A program made the translations under genes and the position numbers. Under the pieces are notes generated by a model. It was not told the DNA's origin and ran no database searches. It saw only the letters and a list, made by a program, of their open reading frames with translations. This document shows, piece by piece, positions 7,911 to 18,544 of a DNA stretch of 32,000 nucleotides; position 1 is the first letter of the stretch, and every line of letters begins with the position of its first letter. Origin of the DNA: Sphingomonadaceae bacterium (GTDB taxonomy: Bacteria; Pseudomonadota; Alphaproteobacteria; Sphingomonadales; Sphingomonadaceae); contig JACVCM010000016.1 of assembly GCA_016742125.1 (NCBI GenBank), forward strand, positions 1-32,000, written 5' to 3'.

Positions 7911-9098
7911 ATGAGCAGCACCGATCCCGTTGTCATCCTGTCTTACGCTCGTACGCCTATGGGCGGGATGCAGGGGGCTCTTGCCGAGGTTTCAGCGACC
8001 GATCTGGGCGCAACCGCAGTGAAGGCGGCCGTCGAGCGTGCCGGTGTCGATGGGGCGGATATCGAGCGCATCTATATGGGCTGCGTTCTTCCCGCCGGCT
8101 TGGGCCAAGCCCCTGCTCGCCAGGCGGCGATCAAGGCTGGCCTGCCCAAATCGGTACAGGCGACTACGGTGAACAAGGTTTGCGGTTCGGGTATGCAGAC
8201 CGTTATCATGGGTAGCGAAGCGCTTGCCGCAGGGTCGGTCGACTATGTCGTCGCTGGCGGCATGGAGAGCATGACCAATGCGCCTTACCTGCTCAAGAAG
8301 CATCGCAGCGGCGCCCGGATCGGCCATGATACCGCCTATGACCATATGTTCCTCGATGGGCTTGAAGATGCCTATGACGCAGGCCGGGCCATGGGGACGT
8401 TCGCGCAGGATACGGCCAACGAATATCAACTGACCCGCGCGGCGCAGGACGATTATGCCATCGAGTCGCTCCGCCGGTCGCAGGCCGCAATTGCTGACGG
8501 TGCGTTCAAGGACGAAATCGTCGCCGTCACGGTCGCCACCCGCAAGGGCGATGTCGTGGTCGATACCGACGAACAGCCCGGCAAAGGGATGCCCGACAAA
8601 ATCCCGTCGCTGAAACCCGCTTTTGCGAAGGACGGCACGATTACCGCTGCGACCAGCAGCTCGATTTCGGACGGTGCCGCCGCACTCGTCCTCACCCGTC
8701 AGTCGGTTGCCGACGCCAAGGGGCAAAAACCGGTTGCGCGCATTGTCGCCCATGCCGCGCATGCGCAGGAGCCGAAGGACTTCACGACTGCTCCGGTGGG
8801 CGCGATCAACAGCGTGCTCGCGAAGGCCGGCTGGAGCATCAACGACGTCGACCTGTTCGAGGTCAATGAAGCCTTTGCCTGCGTCGCGATGTTCGCAATG
8901 CACGACCTCGGCATTCCGCATGACAAGATCAACGTCCATGGCGGCGCGACGGCGCTCGGCCATCCCATCGGCGCATCGGGTGCACGGATCGTCACGACCC
9001 TGATCGCCGCTCTCAAGCGGCACGGGAAAAGCAAGGGCGTTGCAAGCCTGTGCATCGGTGGCGGCGAGGCCACGGCACTGGCCGTCGAGTTGGTTTAA
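7911..9098 (+). CDS. Acetyl-CoA C-acetyltransferase (thiolase II)
   Basis: VILSYARTPMGG, active-site NKVCGSGMQ, NEAFA, and C-terminal CIGGGEA. The start at 7911 is preceded by AAGGAA. The track ORF start at 7803 is an upstream extension. Confidence 0.9.
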   Translation: MSSTDPVVILSYARTPMGGMQGALAEVSATDLGATAVKAAVERAGVDGADIERIYMGCVLPAGLGQAPARQAAIKAGLPKSVQATTVNKVCGSGMQTVIMGSEALAAGSVDYVVAGGMESMTNAPYLLKKHRSGARIGHDTAYDHMFLDGLEDAYDAGRAMGTFAQDTANEYQLTRAAQDDYAIESLRRSQAAIADGAFKDEIVAVTVATRKGDVVVDTDEQPGKGMPDKIPSLKPAFAKDGTITAATSSSISDGAAALVLTRQSVADAKGQKPVARIVAHAAHAQEPKDFTTAPVGAINSVLAKAGWSINDVDLFEVNEAFACVAMFAMHDLGIPHDKINVHGGATALGHPIGASGARIVTTLIAALKRHGKSKGVASLCIGGGEATALAVELV

Positions 9099-9178
9099 CC
9101 GGCAGTTCACATTGATATTGCCATCGCCGTTTCATCGGCATAGCTTTCCCCCGGGTCGCGGCAAGAGGGAGAATTGTG

Positions 9179-9571
9179 ATGAAGAAGCTTATGATGGTTG
9201 CCGCGCTGTCGGCGCTCGCGGCCTGTTCGCAACAAGCTGAAAAAGCAGCGGAAGAAGAAACGGTTCCGGTCGAAACTGCGGCACCCGCAGAGGTCGACTC
9301 GGCATCCATGGTGGGGGATTATGAGATCAAGATGGCCGACGGCAAGATGGCCAAGACGACGATCAACGCCGATGGTACCTATGTCGACACCGGCCCTGAC
9401 GGCAAGGAGATCAAAGGCAAGTTTGCCATGAAGGACGGCAAGGAATGCTTCGATCCCGATGGTGACGAAGGCGAGATGTGCTGGACGTCGACCAAGCCGG
9501 GCGCCGACGGCAGCTTCACCTCCACAAGCGACAAGGGTGACACCGTCACGGTAATGCCCGCCAAAAAATAG
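9179..9571 (+). CDS. Small lipoprotein, unknown function
   Basis: Signal peptide with lipobox MKKLMMVAALSALAAC. GGGAGA RBS upstream. A hairpin follows the gene. Confidence 0.6.
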   Translation: MKKLMMVAALSALAACSQQAEKAAEEETVPVETAAPAEVDSASMVGDYEIKMADGKMAKTTINADGTYVDTGPDGKEIKGKFAMKDGKECFDPDGDEGEMCWTSTKPGADGSFTSTSDKGDTVTVMPAKK

Positions 9572-9757
9572 ATAACGGAACCGGCGGTCGGCATATCCTG
9601 TGTTTGGCGCATCCCGTGACGACCGCCGGTATTGATACAAATTGCGACACTAATGTCTTGTTTCTGAACGCATTGTTTCCGGCGGGTTCAGGGCGCTGTC
9701 CCTAAAAAGGGAACAGTCGACGCGACACCGCGTTTGCTGAACCCAAGGAGACAGACA

Positions 9758-10231
9758 ATGAAAACAAGATTTTTGATTACAGTCGCAGCTGTCGCCGCCA
9801 CCCTTTCCCCGGTCGTGGCACAAGCCCAGACACGTGAGCTCGAACGCGACCGTCGCGAAGTTCGCGACGAACGTCGCGATCTACGTGACGCCCAGCGTTA
9901 TGGTGACCGCCGAGATGTCCGTGAGGCACGCGAAGACTATCGCGAAGCCAAGCGTGAATATCGCGAAGACTGGCGCGATTACAAGCAGCGCAACCGCAAC
10001 GCCTTCCGCGGTGGACGCTTCGACGCACCATTTCGCTACCGCTCGTTCAATTCAGGCGTCAGCATTGGAACAAGTTACTACGCCCCACGTTATAGGGTGA
10101 ATAACTATTCAAGCTATCGCCTGCCGCAGCCGGGGCGTTACCAGACCTATGTGCGTCACTATAACGACGTCCTTCTGGTAAATACCCGCACCGGTCGCGT
10201 GGTCCAGGTGTATCGTGGATTTTACTGGTAA
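9758..10231 (+). CDS. RcnB-family-like periplasmic protein with an Arg/Asp/Glu-rich repeat region
   Basis: AAGGAGA RBS before ATG 9758; signal peptide MKTRFLITVAAVAATLSPVVAQA. The C-terminal ...YRLPQPGRYQTYVRHYNDVLLVNTRTGRVVQVY resembles the RcnB/YohN domain. Confidence 0.55.
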   Translation: MKTRFLITVAAVAATLSPVVAQAQTRELERDRREVRDERRDLRDAQRYGDRRDVREAREDYREAKREYREDWRDYKQRNRNAFRGGRFDAPFRYRSFNSGVSIGTSYYAPRYRVNNYSSYRLPQPGRYQTYVRHYNDVLLVNTRTGRVVQVYRGFYW

Positions 10232-10265
10232 CATTTCATCCTCCCGGAATGTTACGTAGTAAACT

Positions 10266-10300
10266 GGGCCGTCGGAGCAATCCGGCGGCCCTTTTCCTTT
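10266..10300 (+). terminator. Rho-independent terminator candidate
   Basis: Stem GGGCCGTCGGA / TCCGGCGGCCC with one mismatch, followed by TTTTCCTTT. Confidence 0.45.
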
Positions 10301-10373
10301 GACGTCGACAGGATCGGCACGACCGCGCCTGCGCGGGGGTGACGGGCGAAGCCAGACGCGGTAAGGACTGCCC

Positions 10374-11057
10374 ATGAACATCGTCTTCGTCCTCTTCGAC
10401 AACGTCACCCAATTGGACTTTGCCGGGCCGGTGCAGTTTTTGTCCCGGCTGCCGGGCGCCAGCATCCATGTGGCAAGCAAAGACGGGAATGCCGTCACCA
10501 CTGACAGCAGCTTCTCCATCCTGCCGGGCACCAGCTTCGCACAATGCCCGCAGGCAGATATCATCTGCGTTCCCGGTGGCCATGGGGTTCGCGAGGCCGT
10601 TGCCGACACTGCCATTGTCGACTTTGTCCGCGAGCAGGCAAGGACTGCGACATGGGTGACCAGCGTCTGCACGGGTGCTTTCATACTCGGCGCGGCTGGG
10701 CTGCTGCAAGGCAGGCGCGCGACCTGCCACTGGGCTTACACGCATTTGCTTCCTCTGTTCGGAGCCATCCACGAACCGGCGCGCGTGGTCCGCGATGGCA
10801 ATCTGGTCACGGCAGGCGGCGTGACGTCGGGCATCGATTTCGCACTCGAACTCATGTCGGCCATTGCAGGCGAAGATGTGGCCCGCACTGTGCAGCTTGC
10901 GCTGGAATATGATCCGGCCCCGCCCTTCACCGGCGGCACGCCAGATACTGCGCCGGAGCAGATTTTGTTCAACCTTCGCCAGCGTGTATATGATGATGCG
11001 GCAGAGCGGATGGAAGCGGCCATCCGGCTGCTGCCCATGAATCGCACAGATGCCTAA
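10374..11057 (+). CDS. DJ-1/PfpI family protein (isonitrile-hydratase-like)
   Basis: Nucleophile-elbow context TSVCTGAFILGAAGLLQGRRATCHW, plus ICVPGGHG. Confidence 0.85.
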   Translation: MNIVFVLFDNVTQLDFAGPVQFLSRLPGASIHVASKDGNAVTTDSSFSILPGTSFAQCPQADIICVPGGHGVREAVADTAIVDFVREQARTATWVTSVCTGAFILGAAGLLQGRRATCHWAYTHLLPLFGAIHEPARVVRDGNLVTAGGVTSGIDFALELMSAIAGEDVARTVQLALEYDPAPPFTGGTPDTAPEQILFNLRQRVYDDAAERMEAAIRLLPMNRTDA

Positions 11058-11120
11058 TTTTTAGGCAGGCCAATTCCCTGATTTGAATCGCAAAAGGCAG
11101 GAAATACGTGCCTGTGGAAC

Positions 11121-11135
11121 TGGCACATTCCTTGC
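11121..11135 (+). promoter_or_regulatory. Sigma-54 (-24/-12) promoter TGGCAC-N5-TTGC upstream of glnB
   Basis: TGGCACATTCCTTGC matches the RpoN consensus TGGCAC-N5-TTGC exactly. It lies about 60 nt upstream of the glnB ATG. Confidence 0.6.
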
Positions 11136-11187
11136 GAAGGCCGACGCATAATCCGCGCGCGCGGAGCAACAGCCGCACGCCACATAG

Positions 11188-11535
<348 letters not shown>

Positions 11536-11581
11536 AAAATCCAAAAAATCTAAACCGGATAAGCCAAAGAAGGAAAGCAAC

Positions 11582-12994
11582 ATGGGCACTTCAGCCAAGG
11601 ACATTGTAAAACGCATCAAGGACGAAGAGATCGAGTGGGTCGATCTGCGCTTCACCGACCCCAAGGGCAAATGGCAGCATCTGTCGATGTGTGCCGGGGT
11701 AATGGGTGAGGACGAGTTCGAGGACGGCCTGATGTTCGACGGATCGTCGATCGAAGGCTGGAAGGCGATCAACGAATCCGACATGATCCTGAAGCCCGAC
11801 CTCGACAGCGTCTATGTCGACCCGTTTTCGGCAACGCCAATGATGATCGTCTTCTGCGACATCGTCGAACCATCGACCGGCGAACTCTATAGCCGCGACC
11901 CGCGTTCGACCGCCAAGCGCGCCGAAGCCTATCTGAAAACAACCGGTATCGGCGATACCGTCTATGTCGGACCCGAAGCCGAATTCTTCATGTTCGACGA
12001 TGTCCGCTTCGAAAACAGCTACAACACCAGCTATTACAAGATCGACGATATCGAATTGCCGACCAACAGCGGCACGTCGTATGACAGCGGCAATATGGGC
12101 CACCGCCCGCGCGCCAAGGGCGGCTATTTCCCCGTCGCGCCGGTCGACAGCTGCATGGACATTCGCGGCGAGATGGTGTCGACCATGCTCGAAATGGGTC
12201 TACCCTGCGACAAGCACCACCATGAAGTCGCCGCCGCGCAACATGAACTCGGCCTCACCTTCGGCACGCTGACGCAGACCGCCGACCGGATGCAGATTTA
12301 CAAATATGTCGTGCACCAGGTCGCGCATGCCTATGGCAAGACCGCGACATTCATGCCCAAGCCGATCAAGGAAGATAATGGTTCGGGCATGCACACCCAC
12401 CTGTCGATCTGGGACGGCAAGAAGCCGCTGTTCGCGGGCGACGGCTATGCCGGCCTGTCGGAAATGTGCCTCTATTTCATCGGCGGCATCATCAAGCATG
12501 CCAAGTCGGTGAACGCCTTCACCAACCCGACCACCAACAGCTACAAGCGGCTGGTACCGGGTTATGAGGCCCCCGTGCTGCTCGCCTACTCGGCGCGCAA
12601 CCGCTCGGCATCGTGCCGCATTCCCTATGGTGCGGGCGCGAAAGCCAAGCGCGTGGAAGTCCGCTTCCCCGATGCGATGGCGAACCCCTATCTTGCTTAT
12701 GCGGCGCTGTTCATGGCAGGCCTCGACGGCATCCAGAACAAAATCCATCCGGGCGAGGCGATGGACAAGAATCTCTACGACCTGCCGCCCGCAGAGCTCG
12801 CCGAGGTTCCGACCGTCTGTGGTTCCTTGCGCGAAGCGCTCGATGCTCTTGCCGCCGACCACGACTATCTGCTCAAGGGCGACGTGTTCAGCAAGGACCA
12901 GATCGAAGCCTATATCGAGCTCAAGATGGAAGATGTCGCCCGTTGGGAAATGACGCCTTCACCGGTCGAGTTCGACATGTATTACAGCTACTGA
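11582..12994 (+). CDS. glnA: Glutamine synthetase, type I
   Basis: 470 aa from ATG 11582: [33 protein letters not shown], and the adenylylation-loop region NLYDLPP. The track ORF start at 11378 is an out-of-context extension overlapping glnB. Confidence 0.95.
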   Translation: MGTSAKDIVKRIKDEEIEWVDLRFTDPKGKWQHLSMCAGVMGEDEFEDGLMFDGSSIEGWKAINESDMILKPDLDSVYVDPFSATPMMIVFCDIVEPSTGELYSRDPRSTAKRAEAYLKTTGIGDTVYVGPEAEFFMFDDVRFENSYNTSYYKIDDIELPTNSGTSYDSGNMGHRPRAKGGYFPVAPVDSCMDIRGEMVSTMLEMGLPCDKHHHEVAAAQHELGLTFGTLTQTADRMQIYKYVVHQVAHAYGKTATFMPKPIKEDNGSGMHTHLSIWDGKKPLFAGDGYAGLSEMCLYFIGGIIKHAKSVNAFTNPTTNSYKRLVPGYEAPVLLAYSARNRSASCRIPYGAGAKAKRVEVRFPDAMANPYLAYAALFMAGLDGIQNKIHPGEAMDKNLYDLPPAELAEVPTVCGSLREALDALAADHDYLLKGDVFSKDQIEAYIELKMEDVARWEMTPSPVEFDMYYSY

Positions 12995-13021
12995 TCCTCA
13001 CGCATCGGATCGATAGCTGAA

Positions 13022-13055
13022 GGCCTGGCGGTTGGGGGACCGCCGGGCCTTTTTT
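13022..13055 (+). terminator. Rho-independent terminator after glnA
   Basis: GGCCTGGCGG-N8-CCGCCGGGCC followed by TTTTTTATTT. The T-tract overlaps the stop codon of the convergent amidohydrolase gene. Confidence 0.6.
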
Positions 13056-15090
13056 ATTTCGGCCGTCCGGAAAAGCCTGCCGCAGCCCGCAGGGCATCGG
13101 CATCGAGCAGCTTGCCGCCCAGCATCACCGTTCGCGTCTGGCGCAGGTCGCCGATGCGTTTTTCGGGGTCACCCTCGACCAGCACCATGTCGGCGACCTT
13201 GCCTACGGCAATCGAGCCGGTCTTGTCATCGACCTTGAGCATCCGCGCCGGAACGATGGTCGCAGTCGCCAGCGCTTCAGCCGGCGTCATCCCAGCCTCA
13301 CCATAGATTTCGAGCTCGTGGATGATCTCGATCCCAGAGCCGTCGGTCCCCGCCATAATCGGCACGCCCGCCTTGTGCATCTTGCCGACCATGCCGACCA
13401 TCTTCGCCCAGCTGGCGCGATAATCGGCGCGGGTCAGGTCTTTGGGGACGGCAAAGCCGCCGGTGCGGAAACCGCGTTCAGTGGTCGGCGGCATCGTCCC
13501 GACAAAGGGCGCGTAGGAGGGCGAAAGCTCGCCATTTTCGGGATAGTAAAGGCCTTCAAATGCAATCATGGTCGGGTCGGAGTAAATCTTGCCTTTCGCC
13601 ATCGCCTCAATCATCGCGGTCATTTCGGGGCCGTCGAGGTTGACGTCCTTGGCATAGCGCCCCGGTCCTTCGAAGCGCGCAATGCCGTTCGACACACCGA
13701 TCACGCTGTCGGGCATCGCCTGCATCATCACCCAGTTGACGTGCGTGACCTCGTCATAGCCTGCCTTGATTGCATCCAATGGCCGCATCCCCACCGGGAT
13801 GTGGCCGTGGACATGAAGCCCGAGTTTCTTCGCCTCGGCGATTGCGGCGGGCAACCATTCCTTGTTCAGCGTGCCGTAGAATTTGACCCCGACCATGCCC
13901 TTGTCCTTGGCGGCACGCACAGCGGCCACGGCCTCTGATTCAGACCCGACAGCATTGGCGACCTGCGCAGTATAGGTTCCCTTGCCGTCGATCAGGGACG
14001 AGGCATAAACATTGGGAAACAGCAACTGCCCCGCCGCCGCCCGTTTGCGCCGGTCGATGGTCTGCGCATCGTCGTTGCCCGGATCGCGCACCGAGGTAAC
14101 GCCCATCGAAAGTTCCTGCACGCCGGTGAAGTCGTTATTGACGTGCATATGCACGTCCCAAAGGCCGGGAACGAGCGTTTTGCCGGTGCCGTCAAAGACC
14201 TGTGCGCCAGATGGCACCTTGGTCGACCCGGCGGGACCGACGGCGGCGATCAGGCCCTTATCGACAACTACCGTCTGCCCGCCAACGAAACGCACATTAT
14301 CGGCGTCATAGAGTTTGACATTAGTGAAGGCGACGGGCCCGGTCGGTGTTTTCAGCAGCGCTTTCACATTGGCAGGTGCGATTGCCGCCAGCGCTTCGGT
14401 TTGTGCCTCTTCCAGCCGTTTTTGCTCGCCTGCATATTCTTGCGGGATCCAGGCAATGCCGAAACTCGCCGCAAAAAATTTGTCCTTGGCATCGGCCCAC
14501 ACCGGTATTGGCGAAGTGCTGATCCCGGTCATGCTCCACAGCGTCACGGTCTGTTTGTTCGCGCCCTCGCCAACATCGAGTGTCGCCAGTTTCTCCGCCC
14601 GCGCCTCTCCGCCCGGCAGCAATTTCATTTTCCTGTCGGGCGACGCCAGCAGGCGTTCGAGAAACCATGCGCTAATATCGAACGGCCCGCCCATCGAAGA
14701 GTAAAATGCGGGCGCGGTATAGGCGGCCGAACCCGAGTCCACCTGGCTCTTCCAGATCGCCTTGCCACCGGTGATATCGAAGCTTTCCGCAGCATCTCCG
14801 GTCGGGGTCACGCCGCGAATGGTCATCTTCACCGGCATCCCGTCCGGTCCTGTGGTGCCGCTATAGTCGACCTCCCACACCTGCCCGCGCAAATTCATGC
14901 TCTCACGCGCCATGCGGGTGCCGTCGGCGGTCACCCAGGCATAGCTATCGCCATGCTTGCCGCCGGTCGACTGGATAACAAAATGCTTCGCGTCCGCGGG
15001 CGGTTTGGCGAGCTGGTCGGTCGGGGTTTGTGCCAGCGCGGTGGAAGACAGCAACAGGGACAGGCAGGCGAGTGTAGATTTGATCGGCAT
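13054..15090 (-). CDS. Secreted metal-dependent amidohydrolase family protein
   Basis: Start at 15090 (RBS GAGGGA) gives the signal peptide MPIKSTLACLSLLLSSTALAQ. HxH metal motif GLWDVHMHV, and a C-terminal amidohydrolase core (AGTDGSG..., VGKVADMVLVEGDP). Confidence 0.8.
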   Translation of the reverse strand: MPIKSTLACLSLLLSSTALAQTPTDQLAKPPADAKHFVIQSTGGKHGDSYAWVTADGTRMARESMNLRGQVWEVDYSGTTGPDGMPVKMTIRGVTPTGDAAESFDITGGKAIWKSQVDSGSAAYTAPAFYSSMGGPFDISAWFLERLLASPDRKMKLLPGGEARAEKLATLDVGEGANKQTVTLWSMTGISTSPIPVWADAKDKFFAASFGIAWIPQEYAGEQKRLEEAQTEALAAIAPANVKALLKTPTGPVAFTNVKLYDADNVRFVGGQTVVVDKGLIAAVGPAGSTKVPSGAQVFDGTGKTLVPGLWDVHMHVNNDFTGVQELSMGVTSVRDPGNDDAQTIDRRKRAAAGQLLFPNVYASSLIDGKGTYTAQVANAVGSESEAVAAVRAAKDKGMVGVKFYGTLNKEWLPAAIAEAKKLGLHVHGHIPVGMRPLDAIKAGYDEVTHVNWVMMQAMPDSVIGVSNGIARFEGPGRYAKDVNLDGPEMTAMIEAMAKGKIYSDPTMIAFEGLYYPENGELSPSYAPFVGTMPPTTERGFRTGGFAVPKDLTRADYRASWAKMVGMVGKMHKAGVPIMAGTDGSGIEIIHELEIYGEAGMTPAEALATATIVPARMLKVDDKTGSIAVGKVADMVLVEGDPEKRIGDLRQTRTVMLGGKLLDADALRAAAGFSGRPK

Positions 15091-15209
15091 TGGAATCCCT
15101 CTCTTCAGCATTATTGTAAGGAGCTTACGCCTCGCTTTTTGCAGGCGCAATGCCGCTTGCGTCAGCCCTCAAAGCACGGCAAATCATGGCCAATATTCCG
15201 GGAGTTGCC

Positions 15210-16520
15210 ATGAAATCTTTCCTTCGCCTTGCCGCCATCGCAGCCACCGCATTCACCCAGCCCGCCTTTGCCCAGCTGTCGAAGCCCGAAGCAAAAATGG
15301 CAGCGACCATCGATGCCGAATATGAACGCTCGGTCGCGTTGCTCGAAAAACTGGTGAACCAGAATTCGGGGACGATGAACTTCGAAGGCGTACGCGCAGT
15401 GGCCGACATGATGCGCGCCGAACTGGAGCCGCTGGGTTTCAGGCTGCAATGGATCGATATGGCGAAAGCAGGGCGCGCCGGGCATCTGGTGGCAAGCAAG
15501 GCGGGGAAGAAGGGCACGAAAAAACTGCTGCTGATCGCCCATCTCGACACGGTGTTCGAGGCCGATTCGCCTTTCCAGAAATTTGTCCGGAAAGGGGAAG
15601 AAGCCGAAGGCCCGGGCGCGGGCGATGACAAGGGCGGCATGGTCGTGATCGTCGCCGCACTGCGCGCGATGCAGGCCGCTGGAACGCTGAAAGACGCGAA
15701 TATCGAAATTCACATGACCGGTGACGAGGAGGATGCGGGCGACCCAATAGATGTGGCGCGCGCGCCGCTGATCGCAGCCGGTAAAGTGGCCGATGTCGCG
15801 CTCGACTTCGAGGGGCTGTCGATCGAGGACGGCAAGGATATGGGCGTTATCGCGCGGCGCTCCTCGAATAGCTGGAAGCTCGAGGTACGCGGCGTTACCG
15901 GCCATAGCTCGCTGATTTTCGATGACACATATGGCGATGGCGCTGCTTTCGAGCTGGCGCGCATCATCCACCGCTTTCGTACCGAGTTGCCCGAGCAGAA
16001 CCTGACATTCAACGTCGGGCTGATGACAGCCGGGCAAGAGGCGGGCATCGATAGCGACGGCATCCGCGCCAGTGCCAAGGGCAAGACCAACATCATACCC
16101 GGCGTAGCGCTGGCACGCGGCGATTTTCGCACCCTGTCCGAAGAGCAGAGCGCGCGCGTGCGTGGCAAGATGGAGGCCATAGTTGGCGCTTCGGCACCCA
16201 GAACCTCGGCGAAAATCAGCTTCGATCCGGGCAGCTACCCGGCCATGGCACCGACCGGGGGCAACAAGGCGTTGCTGGCAAAGCTGAACGGCGTGAACCG
16301 CGATCTGGGGCTGGGAGAGCAGCTACCGCTCGACCCGCTGAAACGCGGCGCGGGCGATATCAGCTTCGTGGCGAACGACGTCGATGGCCTTGTCGGGCTC
16401 GGCACGTACAGCCGCGGGGATCACGCCCCTGGAGAGACCGTCGACCTTGCCAGCATCAAACGGCAGGCAAAGCGTGCCGCGATCCTGATGACGCGGCTGT
16501 CGCGCGAGAAGGCGCCATAG
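15210..16520 (+). CDS. Secreted M20 family metallopeptidase (glutamate carboxypeptidase/CPG2-like)
   Basis: Start at 15210 (RBS GGGAG) gives the signal peptide MKSFLRLAAIAATAFTQPAFAQ. Motifs IAHLDTVF and GPGAGDDKGG. Confidence 0.85.
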   Translation: MKSFLRLAAIAATAFTQPAFAQLSKPEAKMAATIDAEYERSVALLEKLVNQNSGTMNFEGVRAVADMMRAELEPLGFRLQWIDMAKAGRAGHLVASKAGKKGTKKLLLIAHLDTVFEADSPFQKFVRKGEEAEGPGAGDDKGGMVVIVAALRAMQAAGTLKDANIEIHMTGDEEDAGDPIDVARAPLIAAGKVADVALDFEGLSIEDGKDMGVIARRSSNSWKLEVRGVTGHSSLIFDDTYGDGAAFELARIIHRFRTELPEQNLTFNVGLMTAGQEAGIDSDGIRASAKGKTNIIPGVALARGDFRTLSEEQSARVRGKMEAIVGASAPRTSAKISFDPGSYPAMAPTGGNKALLAKLNGVNRDLGLGEQLPLDPLKRGAGDISFVANDVDGLVGLGTYSRGDHAPGETVDLASIKRQAKRAAILMTRLSREKAP

Positions 16521-16560
16521 GCGTCACGCCTGCGCCCAACCCGCGTGACGACTGCCAAAG

Positions 16561-16592
16561 AAAAAGGCGGCCCTTCCGGTGCCGCCTTTTTA
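16561..16592. terminator. Bidirectional rho-independent terminator
   Basis: AAAAA-GGCGGC-ccttccggt-GCCGCC-TTTTT between the convergent M20 peptidase and exbD genes. There is an A-tract on one side and a T-tract on the other. Confidence 0.6.
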
Positions 16593-16623
16593 CCATGTCG
16601 ATTTGCTTACACGAACGTGATGG

Positions 16624-17079
16624 CTACCGGCCCTCGCGCGCTGCCTTGCCGAACACACGATATTGTTCGTTGCCGACAAAGCCGAACTTGGTGATTCCGC
16701 TGCGCTTCACCGCCACCAGTGCCTTGTCGACGGTGTCGTACGGGGCGGTGGGAGCAGGCTGAAACTGAAGCTCCGGCTCCGGGCTCATCGAGGTGGTCTG
16801 AACCAGGAACTGCTCCATCTGCTGCAGCGTAACCGGGGTGCCGTTCCACTGGATCGAACTGTCCGGCAATATGATGATCTTGTTGATCACCGGATCGATC
16901 GGAATATCGGGTGGAGGCTGGTTGGGATCATTGACCGGCAGGTCGATATTTACGGCGTGCGAAACCGGGGGGATGGTGATCATCAGCATGATGAGGAGAA
17001 CGAGCATGACGTCGATCAACGGCGTCGTGTTCATTTCCATCATCGGCTGGCCATCATCTCTACCGCCACTCATTGCCAT
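16624..17079 (-). CDS. exbD: ExbD/TolR biopolymer transport protein (second copy)
   Basis: MNTTPLIDVMLVLLIMLMI transmembrane signature. AAGGAG RBS in the 22-nt gap after the upstream exbD. Confidence 0.9.
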   Translation of the reverse strand: MAMSGGRDDGQPMMEMNTTPLIDVMLVLLIMLMITIPPVSHAVNIDLPVNDPNQPPPDIPIDPVINKIIILPDSSIQWNGTPVTLQQMEQFLVQTTSMSPEPELQFQPAPTAPYDTVDKALVAVKRSGITKFGFVGNEQYRVFGKAAREGR

Positions 17080-17101
17080 GATGATTGCTCCTTAAAATTA
17101 C

Positions 17102-17644
17102 TTATTGCGCCGCTGCAACTTCGAACGGCGATGAAATGAAGCCAACACGGGCAAAACCAGCCATCTGCATGGTGTAGATTGCACCACCGATGCAGCGATA
17201 GGGCGTGTTGATATCACCACGAATATGTGCCTCGGGCAGCATCTCCGGATCGATCTGTCCAGCCGCAGCGGCAGCTTCGCCACCCAGCTTTTCAAATTCG
17301 GCCTTCAGATGCTTTGCTGCGCGATCGACCAGTTCGGTCGAGTCAACCGGGGTGACGTTCCAGTATATGCGGCACTCGCCATTCGGGTTCGCGCCTTCAT
17401 AATCGGGATCGCCGGGGTCGCGTCCTGCGACATCGGTTGTCGTCACCGACAGCAGCACATTTTCACGCTTTGCCTTGGTCGGTTCGAACTTCACCACGGG
17501 AAGCTCCATCTTCACGGTCTGGATGGCAACAGGAATTGCAATGAGGAATACGATTAGGAGCACCAGCATGACGTCGACGAGCGGCGTCGTGTTGATGTCA
17601 GACATTGGCGTGTCATCGCCGCCGCCTCCTGAACTGATTGCCAT
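17102..17644 (-). CDS. exbD: ExbD/TolR biopolymer transport protein (first copy, longer periplasmic domain)
   Basis: INTTPLVDVMLVLLIVFLIAIP signature. GAGAGGA RBS. Confidence 0.9.
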   Translation of the reverse strand: MAISSGGGGDDTPMSDINTTPLVDVMLVLLIVFLIAIPVAIQTVKMELPVVKFEPTKAKRENVLLSVTTTDVAGRDPGDPDYEGANPNGECRIYWNVTPVDSTELVDRAAKHLKAEFEKLGGEAAAAAGQIDPEMLPEAHIRGDINTPYRCIGGAIYTMQMAGFARVGFISSPFEVAAAQ

Positions 17645-17734
17645 TGGCCAATCCTCTCTAACTAAATTGGGTCAAAAATCGAGAGCCGGAAGTCCGGCAG
17701 ACGGGCTGCACCGAAGCACAGCCCTTACCCAATC

Positions 17735-18505
17735 TTACTTCTTCACCGCAGCCGCGGCAGCAGGGGCAGGCTTGCCAACCTGCGCAGGTGCAGTCACGGC
17801 AGGCTTCACGCGGCCACCCGACGAAATGTAACCGAGCACATCGTTCGAGAAGGTCGAAAGGCTACGCGCGATGGTCTTGTTGCGGGCCTGAAGCCAGTTA
17901 TAGGCCAGAACTGCGGGAACGGCGACGAACAGACCGATGGCGGTCATGATCAGAGCTTCACCGACCGGACCGGCGATCTTGCCGATGTCGGCCTGACCCG
18001 CGATACCGATTTTGATGAGCGCCGAATAAATACCGATAACGGTGCCGAGCAGACCGACGAACGGTGCGGTTGCGCCAACGGTCGCAAGGAAGGGCAGACC
18101 CGTTGCCAGCTTGTTGTTGATCGATTCTTCCGAACGCGCCATTGCACCATGCAGCCAGTCATGTGCTTCGACAGGGTCGGTCAGCAGGCCGTGCTGCTTC
18201 TGCGCCGAAATACCGTCGTCGACGATCTGGCGGAATGCGCTGTTCTTGTCGAGCTTTGCAGCGCCTTCTTCAAGCGTCGCTGCACGCCAGAACCCGGCAC
18301 GTACTGCCTTTGCCTGGTTCATGACCTTCTGTTGTTCGAACAATTTGGTGAACATGATGTAGAACGAGAAAACCGACATGATCACCATGACGCTGAAAAT
18401 TGCCCACGAAATCGGACCACCTTCGTTAAGCGCCGGAATGAGGCCGAACTGCTGTGCGACATCTGGATTTGCGGCCGGTGCCGCGGTCAGGAACAAAATC
18501 GACAT
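17735..18505 (-). CDS. exbB: MotA/TolQ/ExbB proton-channel protein
   Basis: Three transmembrane segments and the conserved LATVGATAPFVGLLGTVIGI...AGPVGEALIMTAIGLFVAVPAV. Confidence 0.9.
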   Translation of the reverse strand: MSILFLTAAPAANPDVAQQFGLIPALNEGGPISWAIFSVMVIMSVFSFYIMFTKLFEQQKVMNQAKAVRAGFWRAATLEEGAAKLDKNSAFRQIVDDGISAQKQHGLLTDPVEAHDWLHGAMARSEESINNKLATGLPFLATVGATAPFVGLLGTVIGIYSALIKIGIAGQADIGKIAGPVGEALIMTAIGLFVAVPAVLAYNWLQARNKTIARSLSTFSNDVLGYISSGGRVKPAVTAPAQVGKPAPAAAAAVKK

Positions 18506-18544
18506 TTTAACTACCTCTCAAAAAAATTACGTTGCTAGCAAAAT

